Under the pieces are notes generated by a model. It did not search any database and was not told the DNA's origin. It was given only the letters and a program-made list of their open reading frames with translations. The position numbers were made by a program, and so were the translations under genes. DNA of 64,000 bases, taken from positions 4,603 to 68,602 of the forward strand of contig JBBRCA010000001.1 in the NCBI GenBank assembly GCA_038205325.1, written 5' to 3'. The DNA is from Terriglobales bacterium (lineage in GTDB: Bacteria > Acidobacteriota > Terriglobia > Terriglobales > Acidobacteriaceae). Below, piece by piece: positions 19,217 to 29,271 of this stretch; position 1 is the stretch's first letter; every line of letters begins with the position of its first letter.

Positions 19217-20083
19217 TTACGGCAAAGAGATCGGCTGAGGCGCGTTCTTCGGCGTACTCAGATAACCCTTGATCTCATTCTTGTCCTCGGTATTAACGAC
19301 GATCTCGTACAACATCGGAGATTTTCCAGAGTAGAACTGGATAGGCTCATTCAGGTTCCGGTCCTTTTTCTCGATTGTCCTATCGTCGGCGTTCACGTTG
19401 AGAGTGAACTTCGACCGCTTCTGGTCGGCCTTCTTCAACTGCAACTTAATCGTTGAAACCAGCGTCGGCTGTTGGCTCTTGTGCAGCGTGAACTCGTAGT
19501 AGTTCCGGTCGCCGCGGTGCTTCAACTCCTCCAGTTGATCGTGGTTGGTGGCAATCAGCCCGCTCATTACGCCCGCGTCTCCGACCGCTCTCGTCAGTTG
19601 CGTTTTGGTCTGCGCCAGGTCGGCCTGCGTCGACGCAACGTCCGTCTTCACGCCGCCAACATCCGTCTTCACGCTGGATACGTCGGTCTGCACGGCGCTC
19701 ACCTGCTGGTTGGTCGCGTCCTGCGCCTTCGCCAATCGCGCGGTGGAAGCCGCGGTCGCGTGTTGCGCCGTGATCAACTGTTGAGATTTCGCCTCCAGTT
19801 GTTTCTGCGTCAGACCGACACTTTGGCCCAGCATCTCGCCCTGCGCCTTCATGCGGTCATTGGTTTCTTCCAGCTTCGAGGTCAGCGCTTGATTGCGCTG
19901 ATCCGCCGAAGTCGTCAAGGCCTGCTGTGCGGCCGTCAAATGATTTTGCAAACCGTAAGCCCAGCCCAGCGCGGCTAGCGCGATCAACAAACTGGCAATA
20001 GACACACCTATCAGCCAACCTGGCGCCTTCGGTGTTGCGACATACGATTCGTCCGTGCGTTCAACGTAATTGGGATCACTCAT
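19217..20083 (-). CDS. Membrane-anchored coiled-coil hypothetical protein
   Basis: One TM segment, heptad region (TDVSSVKTDVGGVKTDV), beta-rich C-terminal domain (GDRNYYEFTL). Confidence 0.8.
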   Translation of the reverse strand: MSDPNYVERTDESYVATPKAPGWLIGVSIASLLIALAALGWAYGLQNHLTAAQQALTTSADQRNQALTSKLEETNDRMKAQGEMLGQSVGLTQKQLEAKSQQLITAQHATAASTARLAKAQDATNQQVSAVQTDVSSVKTDVGGVKTDVASTQADLAQTKTQLTRAVGDAGVMSGLIATNHDQLEELKHRGDRNYYEFTLHKSQQPTLVSTIKLQLKKADQKRSKFTLNVNADDRTIEKKDRNLNEPIQFYSGKSPMLYEIVVNTEDKNEIKGYLSTPKNAPQPISLP

Positions 20084-20216
20084 TCGTACCTCCTGCGGGT
20101 TATGTTCGGGAAGCCCGCCACGCCAAACGCGCGTAAACTACACACATTTCGCACCGTACGGGCACGCACGCCAAAGGGCGCAAAAACCGCTCTAAACCGC
20201 TCTATGTAGGACGCAA

Positions 20217-21362
20217 ATGCTCTCAAATGGGCTGCTAAAACCCGACATTTTGATCGTCGGAGCGGGCATTGTAGGCCTCTCCCTGGCCCTCGAATTGAAC
20301 GCCCGCGGCGCGCAAGTCACTGTGTTGGAAAGGGATACGCCCCTCTCCCACGCCTCAACGGCCGCCGCCGGCATGCTCGCCGTCCATGACCCCCACAATC
20401 CCCCCGCCCTCTATCCGCTAAGTCGGTTATCGAGTGTTCTTTACCCCGAATTTTTAACCCGCGTCGCCGAATTGTCCGGAGAACTCGTCCCGTTCCAAAC
20501 AAATGCGACCATCCAGCAACCAGCGAGCAAACCCGACAACCCGACGCACCGCCTCCTGCCTTGGAACATCGACGATCTTTTGCCTGGAAACGCGCTTCAC
20601 CACTTGCAACTCGACCTCCTCGTCGAGCACTCCATCGACCCCCATCAACTAGCCCATGCGCTGCTCGCCGCAGTGCGCAGCACGAGCATCCAACTCCACC
20701 AAAACTGCACCGTAAAAGGCATATTTGCCCACCAACAATCCGTGCGCGTCGAAACCTCGTCGAAGTGGCACGAAGCGGCCATCTTCGTAGACTGCCGAGG
20801 CGCGTGGTGTGGCCCACCCATCGCGCCGCGCAAAGGGCAGATGCTTTCGGTTGAACTCCCTTCAGGAATGAACCTCTCGCACGTCTTGCGGACCCAAGAC
20901 GTCTACGTCGTCCCCCGCACTCTCGGCCCGCGCGCAGGCCGCGCCCTCATCGGCGCAACCATCGAAGACACAGGTTTCGACAATGCGGTCTACCCCACGG
21001 ACATCGCCGCACTTCACGCCCGCGCCGCTGCGCTTCTTCCACGTCTGGCCGCTGCAAGAGTGCTCGAATCCTGGGCCGGCCTGCGGCCCGGCACACCGGA
21101 CGACCTTCCGCTCATCGGCGCGCTAGCTCCTGAAAGCAGGTATTTCATCGCCGCCGGGCACTTTCGCAACGGCATCCTGCTCGCGCCCGCCACGGCCCGG
21201 GTCATGGCTGATCTCATCGACGGCAAGCCGCCCGCCCTCTCGCTCGACGCCTTCTCGCCAAACCGCTTCCTCGCTCCTCACAAGCACATAAGCGGGTCGC
21301 CGCAGCCTGCCCTGAACCTGTCGAACGGTCCCGATTCTCGTACATGGGTTCTGAGGTCGTGA
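20217..21362 (+). CDS. thiO: Glycine oxidase ThiO/DAO-family FAD oxidoreductase
   Basis: IVGAGIVG, ASTAAAGML, PRKGQM, WAGLRPGTPD, GHFRNGILLAP. Confidence 0.82.
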   Translation: MLSNGLLKPDILIVGAGIVGLSLALELNARGAQVTVLERDTPLSHASTAAAGMLAVHDPHNPPALYPLSRLSSVLYPEFLTRVAELSGELVPFQTNATIQQPASKPDNPTHRLLPWNIDDLLPGNALHHLQLDLLVEHSIDPHQLAHALLAAVRSTSIQLHQNCTVKGIFAHQQSVRVETSSKWHEAAIFVDCRGAWCGPPIAPRKGQMLSVELPSGMNLSHVLRTQDVYVVPRTLGPRAGRALIGATIEDTGFDNAVYPTDIAALHARAAALLPRLAAARVLESWAGLRPGTPDDLPLIGALAPESRYFIAAGHFRNGILLAPATARVMADLIDGKPPALSLDAFSPNRFLAPHKHISGSPQPALNLSNGPDSRTWVLRS

Positions 21363-21462
21363 TCGCACGCGCGTTCCGATAAACGCCCGTCCCATGTGAC
21401 AACCGCTCACCCATTTAGCTATAACCGTTAATGCTGTTGCAACCGCTCGGAGAGCGCTTTTC

Positions 21463-22593
21463 ATGTCTAATCCCGCCCCAAAGGGCCTACAAGATGTCGT
21501 CGCCAACGAGTCCTCCATCTGCTTCATCGACGGGGCCAAGGGCATCCTCTCCTATCGCGGCATCGACATCCACGAGCTTGCGGACAAGTCCAGCTTTGAA
21601 GAAACGACTTGCCTGCTCTGGAACAAGAAACTCCCCACCGCGACCGAGCTCACGGCTTTCACGAAAAAACTCGCCGCCGCGCGCGACCTGCATCCCGATG
21701 TGATCAAGTTCCTCCGCGCTGTCCCGAAGGAAGCTTCACCGATGGAAGTGCTGCGCACGGCCGTCTCGTTGCTCTCAATGTACGACGCCGACGAAGCGCT
21801 CGTAACGCACGAGGCGAACCTGCGGAAGAGCTTCCGCCTCACCGCGCAAATTGCGATGATCATTGCCGTCTTCGACCGCATCCGTAAGGGTAAGGACATC
21901 GTCGAAGCCGACCGTTCTCTCTCGCACGCCGCCAACTTCCTCTGGATGCTCAATGGCGAGAAGCCTTCCAACACCGCCACCCGTGCGCTCGATGTCGCGC
22001 TCGTTCTACACGCCGACCACGAACTCAACGCCAGCACCTTCGCCGCGCGCGTCATTGCGGCCACGCTCGCGGACATGCATTCGGCCGTTACGGGGGCCAT
22101 CGGCGCGCTCAAAGGCCCACTGCACGGCGGTGCCAACGAAGCCGTGATGCGCCTGCTCCACGCCATCGACAAGTCCGGCGACGATCCGGTCGAGCACGTT
22201 CGGGAAATGCTCGAGCGCAAGGAGAAAATCTCCGGCTTCGGCCACCGCGTCTACACCACTGAAGACCCTCGCGCCACGCACCTGCGCAAGATGTCGGAAG
22301 ACCTCGGCCGCGACGCCAATCCCAAGTGGTTTGAAATGTCGCGCAAAATCGAGATCTTCATCAAGGAGCAAAAGAAGCTCAACGCAAACGTGGACTTCTA
22401 CTCGGCCAGCACCTACACCACGCTGGGCATCGACATGGACCTCTTCACGCCGATCTTCGCGATCAGCCGCATCTCCGGCTGGGCCGCGCACGTCATGGAG
22501 CAGCACGACGACAACCGCCTCATCCGCCCGCGCGCGGATTACACCGGCCCCGCCTACCCCGCGCCCTACGTCCCCATCGCCGGGCGCTCATAG
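21463..22593 (+). CDS. Citrate synthase (short, type I / 2-methylcitrate synthase-like)
   Basis: LHADHELNASTF, GPLHGGANE, GFGHRVY, NVDFYS. Confidence 0.95.
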   Translation: MSNPAPKGLQDVVANESSICFIDGAKGILSYRGIDIHELADKSSFEETTCLLWNKKLPTATELTAFTKKLAAARDLHPDVIKFLRAVPKEASPMEVLRTAVSLLSMYDADEALVTHEANLRKSFRLTAQIAMIIAVFDRIRKGKDIVEADRSLSHAANFLWMLNGEKPSNTATRALDVALVLHADHELNASTFAARVIAATLADMHSAVTGAIGALKGPLHGGANEAVMRLLHAIDKSGDDPVEHVREMLERKEKISGFGHRVYTTEDPRATHLRKMSEDLGRDANPKWFEMSRKIEIFIKEQKKLNANVDFYSASTYTTLGIDMDLFTPIFAISRISGWAAHVMEQHDDNRLIRPRADYTGPAYPAPYVPIAGRS

Positions 22594-22607
22594 CCCCAGA
22601 AGGCGGG

Positions 22608-22640
22608 AAGAAGGCCGCGACCCTAGCCGCGGCCTTCTTT
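22608..22640. terminator. Bidirectional Rho-independent terminator
   Basis: 12-bp inverted repeat AAGAAGGCCGCG/CGCGGCCTTCTT between convergent genes. Confidence 0.8.
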
Positions 22641-22647
22641 GCTTGCT

Positions 22648-23232
22648 TTACTTCGCGCTCGACGGTGGCACAATCCCATTCATACGCAGATACTCCACCA
22701 TCTGGCCGTAGTGGTCATAGCCGTGCGCGACCGCGAACGCCACCAGCGTAGCGCGCGTATTCATCCCATCGGCACCCTTGATCGTCTGAAACGCATTGGC
22801 GGAGGTGATTGTCGCGATCGCCTTGTGCCCAAACGCGATCGACCCCTCCAGCGCCTTCACGGCATCGTCCTTCTTGGTCATCGTGTCCAGCGTGCGAATG
22901 TCCACATCCGGCTTCAGCCCGCTGACGAGCATGAAGAAGTAGTAATTCGCCTGTGCGACGTGCGCCACCTGAGCGCCAAACGTCCGCACCTTCTCGAACG
23001 TCGCGGGACTCTTATCAGCAAACGTCGTTCCGCTCGGTGCAAAGTCGTACTTGTCGGCGGGCATCGCCTTCGCCGCCGGAAGCGCATCCTTTTCGTACTG
23101 CGTCAGCATTACGTCAAGCGCCGTCGCCGGGCTGCCTACGACTACCGCTGCAGGAGCACTGCCCGTCTGTGCGTTCATCGCCACTCCGCACATGCCTATC
23201 GCCAAACCTGCAACCATCATCTTTAATCGCAT
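22648..23232 (-). CDS. Exported DinB-family protein
   Basis: Signal peptide, AMPADKYDFAP, RTFGAQVAHVA, HGYDHYGQMVEYLRMNGIVPP. Confidence 0.88.
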   Translation of the reverse strand: MRLKMMVAGLAIGMCGVAMNAQTGSAPAAVVVGSPATALDVMLTQYEKDALPAAKAMPADKYDFAPSGTTFADKSPATFEKVRTFGAQVAHVAQANYYFFMLVSGLKPDVDIRTLDTMTKKDDAVKALEGSIAFGHKAIATITSANAFQTIKGADGMNTRATLVAFAVAHGYDHYGQMVEYLRMNGIVPPSSAK

Positions 23233-23408
23233 AACTCACCTCGTAAAGAGTTTTAAAATCGCCTCCAGCTTACCAGACCGTGACTCAATTCGTCACCCCT
23301 CCAAACTGCGCTCATTGTCCCTCAACAAAACCGCTTTCCCCTTAGCTCTCACCGCAAAGCATCAGGCTCATTGCTCCCGTTTGGGCAGCGTTCAAATAAG
23401 ATAGAACT

Positions 23409-24578
23409 ATGCAACGCATCTATCTCGACTCCAACGCGACGACCTCCGTGCTTCCGGAAGTCGTCGAAGCCATGAGCCCCTTCTGGCAGGAAAACTTTGG
23501 CAATCCCAGTTCCGCGCACCACGCCGGGCAGCGCACCCGGGCCGCCGTGGAGTGCGCCCGCACCGCCGTCGCCGCCCTGCTCAACGCCCAGGCTAAGGAA
23601 ATCGTGTTCACCTCCGGCGGCACTGAGAGCGACAACCTTGCACTCGCGGGCGTCCTGCAACCGTATCTTGATCGCGGTGAGCTGGCCCACCTCATTACCT
23701 CCGTCATCGAGCACCACGCCGTTCTCAACGCCGCGCAGTCGCTCGAAAAACGCGGCATTGAAGTCACCTATCTGCCGTCAACGCTTGACGGCGTCATCGA
23801 CCCCGCGGCCTTCGAAGCCGCACTCCGTCCGCACACGCGCCTCGTCTCCATCATGTTCGCGAACAACGAAACCGGAGCGATCCAACCTGTCGCCAAGCTT
23901 GCCCGCATCGCTAAATCACATAGCTCCAAAGCCCTCTTCCACACCGACGCCGTGCAAGGTGCAGGCAAGCTCGCGCTCGACGTATCGGGCGAGTTGAAGG
24001 ACGTCGACCTGCTCTCAATATCCGGCCACAAAATGTATGCGCCACAGGGGACGGGCGTCCTCTTCGTGCGCGACGGCGTGAAGCTCGCCCCGCTCTTCCA
24101 CGGCGGTCCTCACGAACGCCAACGTCGCGCAGGCACTGAGAACGTTCCTGGAATCGTTGCCCTCGGCCGCGCCGCCGACCTCACCCGCGAATGGCTGGCC
24201 ACTTCCGGCCACTCCCTCGCCACACTCCGCGACCGCCTCGAATCGGGCCTGCTTGCCGCAATCCCCGGCACGACTGTCAACTCGGCCGCCGCGCCCCGCG
24301 CAGCCAACACCACCAACTTGCGTTTCAGCGGCGTCAATGCGGAAGCGCTCATCATCGCGCTGGACATGAAAGGAATTTCCGCCAGCTACGGTTCTGCCTG
24401 CCAATCCGGGGCCACAGATTCCTCGCACGTCCTCTCCGCCCTTGGTCTCACCGAAGCCGAAGCCCGCAGCAGTGTCCGTCTATCGCTCTCACGCCTTACC
24501 ACGGCCGAAGAGGTCGCCCGAGCTCTCGAAATCATCCCCGCTACGGTCGCGCACCTGCGTGCGATGTCGCGAGCTTAA
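23409..24578 (+). CDS. iscS: Cysteine desulfurase (IscS/NifS group I)
   Basis: YLDSNATT, FTSGGTESDN, HTDAVQ, PLP lysine in SGHK, catalytic Cys in GSACQSG. Confidence 0.93.
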   Translation: MQRIYLDSNATTSVLPEVVEAMSPFWQENFGNPSSAHHAGQRTRAAVECARTAVAALLNAQAKEIVFTSGGTESDNLALAGVLQPYLDRGELAHLITSVIEHHAVLNAAQSLEKRGIEVTYLPSTLDGVIDPAAFEAALRPHTRLVSIMFANNETGAIQPVAKLARIAKSHSSKALFHTDAVQGAGKLALDVSGELKDVDLLSISGHKMYAPQGTGVLFVRDGVKLAPLFHGGPHERQRRAGTENVPGIVALGRAADLTREWLATSGHSLATLRDRLESGLLAAIPGTTVNSAAAPRAANTTNLRFSGVNAEALIIALDMKGISASYGSACQSGATDSSHVLSALGLTEAEARSSVRLSLSRLTTAEEVARALEIIPATVAHLRAMSRA

Positions 24579-24770
24579 CGAACTTCGGACCATGCCCGCA
24601 AATGGGCATCCGCGATCAAAACAGAAATCTTTTCTTTATCTACGATGTCAGGAAGCGATGACCGTACAGCCGCGTCTTCAGCCGCTTTTCGCAGCTCAGC
24701 GGCTTCGCGCGTGAAGCGTTCCAGCGTTCACTCCCCAGCGCGGGCTTCGGGTGAATCGGGCATCAACGCC

Positions 24771-26660
24771 TCACAGATACCACGGAATATTGACCACCAC
24801 TATTCGCTGGTTTCCCTTCAACAGCAGCAGCAACTTCAGCAACTGCACGCGCTGATTGTGCAACAGGTTTTCCCACCAGTGCCGCACCACTAACTCCGGT
24901 AGCAGCACCGCGATCTTCCGTCCCGGATTGTCGTCTTCCAGCTTCAGCACGTAGTCCATCAGAGGCGACAGGACGGTGCGATAGTTGCTCTTCACCGTCA
25001 CTAACTCCGGCTCGACACTGCCATGCTCGCGTACCGGCAGTAGCACAAACGTCTCCCACACCGTACCCAGCGCGTCCGCGTCGTCCGAGTCCACATGGAC
25101 CACTTTGACCTCGTTGCTCATCGTCATCCCGAAGCGCATCGCCTTCTCGGTAATCTTGTCCCAGCGCGCCATTGGGATCACGACGATGGGCTGCTCCAGT
25201 CCCGTCAGCCGCAGCGGCGTCGGGTCTTCGGTCTCCCGTTTCACCCGCGTGTAGTGGCGTTTGACCATCATCATCACGCCGATCAGGAACGGCACCAGCA
25301 GCGCCGTCACCCACGCGCCGGAAACGAATTTCGTCACCAGAATTATGACCAACGTGACGCCTGTGGCAATGGCCCCCAACCCGTTGATAAACATCTTGAG
25401 GCGCCGGTGCGGGGCGTCCAGGGTCTTTTTCCAGTGCTTCACCATACCCGCCTGGCTCAGCGTAAACGCCATGAACGCGCCGATCGCATACAGGGGAATC
25501 AGCCGGTCGGTCACGCCGTCGAACAGGATCAGGATGAGGGCCGTAAAGCCCGTCAGCGCATAGATACCGTGAGAGAACAGCAACCTCCGCCCCTTGAGCA
25601 GAAACACGTGGGGCAGATAGTCGTTGCCCGCGACGGCGCGCGCCATATTCGGAAACCCTGTAAAGGCCGTGTTGGCGCTGAACGAGAGCGCCGCGAAAAC
25701 GCCGCCCATGGTCAAAAGGTAGAACCAGCCGCGCCCGAACACCGCCGCCACCTCGATGCTCAGTACGCTTTGATAGCCGTGCACATCGGGGTCCATCGCG
25801 GTCACGCCATACGCTCGTGCCACATACGAAAGCCCAAAAAGCAACACAATCAACATCGCGATAATAATCGTCAGGGTGTGATTGGCTCTCCGCGCGCGCG
25901 GCTCCCTGAAAGCCGTCACGCCATTCGATACCGCCTCCACGCCGGTCATCGCAGCGCAGCCGTTGGAGAAGGCCTTCAGCAGCAACCACACCAGCAAAAA
26001 CGGCGTAAACTTTTCCAGCTTCGTCACATCCACCGGCGGCGGGGTCGCCAGTGCCACCGGATGTCCCCCTGCCAGCAGTGCGTGATATGTGCCAATGCCG
26101 ATGGTCAACAAAAGAGTGCCGACGAAGACGAACGTCGGCAGCATGAACACCGCGCCCGATTCCTTGACTCCGCGCATGTTCACAATCGCAATCGCCGAGA
26201 GTATCACAAGGCAGCACAGCAATTGATGCGGATGCAGCCGCGGAAATGCGCTCACCAGCGCCGTTATGCCCGCCGAAATGCCCACCGCCGCCGTCAAAAT
26301 GTAGTCGATCATCAGCGCAGCGGCCGCCAGCAGTCCGGCCTTGTCGCCGAGGTTCTCGCTGGCCACCGTAAACGACCCGCCGCCGTTGGGATACGCCTCA
26401 ATAGTTTGCCGGTAGCTGAAATACAGAATCGTCAGCAGCGTCAGGATGAAGCCGAAGATCGGCAGCAGATAATGACGCACGCCCAACAGGCCCAGAGGAA
26501 TCAGCAGCGCCATTGCGGCTTCCGGCCCATACGCCGCGCTCGTCAAACCATCCAGCCCGAAAATCGGGACCCCGGCCGCTACACCAATGTGTTCCGAATG
26601 CGCTTCAGTACTGCTGAGCGGCTTACCAAACAAGACATCAAAAAAACTCATGCCAACCAA
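24771..26660 (-). CDS. APC-family permease (KimA/YdaO-like)
   Basis: GLDGLTSAAYGPE, AYPNGGGSF, GCAAMTGVEAVSNG, LIPLYAIG, C-terminal cytoplasmic domain (HWWENLLHNQ). Confidence 0.88.
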   Translation of the reverse strand: MVGMSFFDVLFGKPLSSTEAHSEHIGVAAGVPIFGLDGLTSAAYGPEAAMALLIPLGLLGVRHYLLPIFGFILTLLTILYFSYRQTIEAYPNGGGSFTVASENLGDKAGLLAAAALMIDYILTAAVGISAGITALVSAFPRLHPHQLLCCLVILSAIAIVNMRGVKESGAVFMLPTFVFVGTLLLTIGIGTYHALLAGGHPVALATPPPVDVTKLEKFTPFLLVWLLLKAFSNGCAAMTGVEAVSNGVTAFREPRARRANHTLTIIIAMLIVLLFGLSYVARAYGVTAMDPDVHGYQSVLSIEVAAVFGRGWFYLLTMGGVFAALSFSANTAFTGFPNMARAVAGNDYLPHVFLLKGRRLLFSHGIYALTGFTALILILFDGVTDRLIPLYAIGAFMAFTLSQAGMVKHWKKTLDAPHRRLKMFINGLGAIATGVTLVIILVTKFVSGAWVTALLVPFLIGVMMMVKRHYTRVKRETEDPTPLRLTGLEQPIVVIPMARWDKITEKAMRFGMTMSNEVKVVHVDSDDADALGTVWETFVLLPVREHGSVEPELVTVKSNYRTVLSPLMDYVLKLEDDNPGRKIAVLLPELVVRHWWENLLHNQRVQLLKLLLLLKGNQRIVVVNIPWYL

Positions 26661-26800
26661 AACCTCAAGCGCGAAAAGTACCTTAAATATCGTACCGCAA
26701 TGCTGTCAAACCGAACATCCCTTTTTCGCGCTCGTCAGCGTGCTGTCTACCCTGCCCGCGGCGACCGCCATGGCGTGTTACGCTCACCCGCAAGGGCCCT

Positions 26801-27946
26801 ATGCCGACCACACGACGCCGCTTCTGCGCCAGCGCCGCTCTTATCACTCTGTCGCCGCGAATGCTGCGCGCGCAAACCTCTGCGCGAGTCGATGTCGCGA
26901 CGTTTGAGCATGACCGCATCCTCGCCGACGCCACCGCGGCGTTCAAACAGCCGGTGCAAACCCTCGACAGTCTGCATTCGCCTGCCGCCGATCCGCACGA
27001 CTTCTACTCAGATGCAGAAATGCCTGCACCCGCAAAGGGCCTGCCGTTTCGCGCTCATGCGGAAGCGCTGATCGACTTTTCCGCGACAGTTTCCACCCTC
27101 ACTGCCGCCTATGTTCTTACGCGCGACGACCGCTACGCGCTACGCGCCGGCCAGCATCTCTTCGCGTGGTTGGTCGATCCAGCGACGCGCATAAATCCGA
27201 GGTTGCAAAGTGCTTACGCCACGTCCGCCTCCGTCAACGCACTTGCCGCCGGAATTGTCGATGGCGTTCCCCTCGCCGAGGTCGCCCGCTCGATCCCGTT
27301 TCTGGTCGATACCGCGGCGCTGGCCCCGCCTAACCTCGTCGCCACTCGTGCCTGGTTCACCGAATTTCTCGACTGGCTCAATACCGCGCGCATTCCGCTG
27401 ATCGCGCGCGACACTAAAGATCACACGGCGTCGGCATGGCTTCTAATCGCCTCCGCCTGCGCTCGCCTGCTAGGCGACGAAGCCATGCTGACCGCATTGC
27501 GCCACCGCTTCAAATCGCCCACCCTGCGCAATCAGATCCAAGCCAGCGGCGTCTTCCACCACGAAATCATTACCGAGTTTCCCTACCGCAACTCGCTCTT
27601 CAACTTCGACCTGCTCGCCGGGGCCTGCGAACTGCTCTCAACACCCTTCGCCAGCCTGTGGCCCTACGAACTCGAGGACGGTCCCGGCTTGCGCGCCGTC
27701 GCCGCGTTCCTGTATCCGATGCTGAAGGAACCTGCCCGCTGGCCCTACCCGGCGGACGTGTTCCGCTTCCGCGAAGTCCCGCGCCGCCGCCCGGCGCTGC
27801 TGCTCGCAGGCCGAACCTATACCCGCCCGGAGTACGTCGACCTGTGGCGCTCGCTGACCGCGCCCGCCCCCGACGATCCGCTCCGCGCCAGCTTTCCCAT
27901 CCGCCAGCCGCTGCTGTGGATCAAGCGCCCACCGCACAACGCCTAA
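26801..27946 (+). CDS. Alginate lyase-family (alpha/alpha barrel) protein with Tat-like signal
   Basis: RRRF twin-arginine signal, DPHDFYS, WLVDPATRINP, YSLFN-like SLFN, WPYP. Confidence 0.7.
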   Translation: MPTTRRRFCASAALITLSPRMLRAQTSARVDVATFEHDRILADATAAFKQPVQTLDSLHSPAADPHDFYSDAEMPAPAKGLPFRAHAEALIDFSATVSTLTAAYVLTRDDRYALRAGQHLFAWLVDPATRINPRLQSAYATSASVNALAAGIVDGVPLAEVARSIPFLVDTAALAPPNLVATRAWFTEFLDWLNTARIPLIARDTKDHTASAWLLIASACARLLGDEAMLTALRHRFKSPTLRNQIQASGVFHHEIITEFPYRNSLFNFDLLAGACELLSTPFASLWPYELEDGPGLRAVAAFLYPMLKEPARWPYPADVFRFREVPRRRPALLLAGRTYTRPEYVDLWRSLTAPAPDDPLRASFPIRQPLLWIKRPPHNA

Positions 27947-28045
27947 CAGCAACCCCTTCCGAACTGGCTTATGGAACGGACGGATAACAGAATGCCCGAG
28001 AGCTTCACGCGCTTGCGTCGTGGCTGTTTGTGAGATGCGGGCTCT

Positions 28046-29110
28046 TTAGTCGATCGAAATCTTCCGCAACAGCGCGAAGTCGCTCAGCATCTTGCCGGTG
28101 CCGAGCACAACGCTGGCCAGCGGATCGTCGGCAATTGAGACGGGCAGGCCGGTCTCTTCGCGAATGCGACGGTCGAGATTCTTGATCAGCGCGCCGCCGC
28201 CCGTGAGCACGATGCCGCGGTCGGAGATGTCTGCCGAGAGCTCCGGCGGGGTGCGCTCCAGCGCCACGCGAATCGCGTTGATGATTGTGGCAATGCACTC
28301 GCCCAGCGCCTCGCGGATTTCGGAGTCTTCGATGGTGATCGTCTTGGGCACGCCTTCGATCAGGTTGCGGCCCTTGATCTCCATCGTCATCGGCTTGTCC
28401 AACGGGAACGCCGAACCCAGTTCAATCTTGATTTGTTCCGCCGTGCGCTCGCCGATCAGCAAATTGTACTTGCGCTTAAGGTAGGTCGTGACGGCTTCGT
28501 CCATCTGATTGCCGGCCATGCGCACAGAACGCGAGTAGACAATTCCAGCCAGCGAAATGACGGCGATGTCGGTCGTTCCGCCACCGATGTCGACGACCAT
28601 GTTGCCGCCGGGTTCGGTGATCGGAAGGCCCGCGCCGATGGCCGCCACCATGGCCTGTTCTACAAGATGAACCTCGCTGGCCTTGGCGCGGTACGCCGAG
28701 TCCATGACGGCGCGCTTTTCGACCTGCGTAATTTCCGAGGGCACGCCGATGACGATGCGCGGATGCACCATGCGCTTGCGATTGTGCGCCTTCTGGATGA
28801 AGTAGTTGAGCATCTTCTCGGTCTGCTTGAAGTCGGCGATGACACCGTCTTTCATGGGCTTGATCGCGATGATGTTACCGGGCGTGCGGCCCAGCATCTC
28901 TTTGGCTTCCTTGCCGACAGCTTCCACTTCGCCAGTGATACGGTTGACGGCGATGATCGATGGCTCGTTGACGATGATGCCCTTGCCGTGCGCGAAGACC
29001 AGCGTATTCGCGGTCCCGAGATCGATGGCGAGGTCGCTTGAAAAGAGCGAGAAAATCGAGCGCATGTTGCTGAAACGCGACGAGCGCATCTGAAAATTAT
29101 TGGGTGACAT
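28046..29110 (-). CDS. mreB: Rod shape-determining protein MreB
   Basis: AIDLGTANT, PMKDGVIADF, VDIGGGTTD, LTGGGAL. Start among 29110/29089/29065. Confidence 0.97.
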   Translation of the reverse strand: MSPNNFQMRSSRFSNMRSIFSLFSSDLAIDLGTANTLVFAHGKGIIVNEPSIIAVNRITGEVEAVGKEAKEMLGRTPGNIIAIKPMKDGVIADFKQTEKMLNYFIQKAHNRKRMVHPRIVIGVPSEITQVEKRAVMDSAYRAKASEVHLVEQAMVAAIGAGLPITEPGGNMVVDIGGGTTDIAVISLAGIVYSRSVRMAGNQMDEAVTTYLKRKYNLLIGERTAEQIKIELGSAFPLDKPMTMEIKGRNLIEGVPKTITIEDSEIREALGECIATIINAIRVALERTPPELSADISDRGIVLTGGGALIKNLDRRIREETGLPVSIADDPLASVVLGTGKMLSDFALLRKISID

Positions 29111-29271
29111 GGGGCGAAATCGTTCCTGCATTCATTGGAATATGTGGGCAGAATGCCTGCGCCTCCATTGTACGGCCTGTACGATGTCCGACTTGGCTCA
29201 CGCTGCTTCCGCAGAATCCGCTCCGGCGACAGAACGCTTCCTTAGCTAGAATGACGTGAGGAAGGTAAACA

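Noticed and set aside
26661-26800. c-di-AMP (ydaO) riboswitch upstream of the KimA-like permease
   Set aside because: The spacer is short and shared with a divergent gene, and no conserved riboswitch motifs were recognised.
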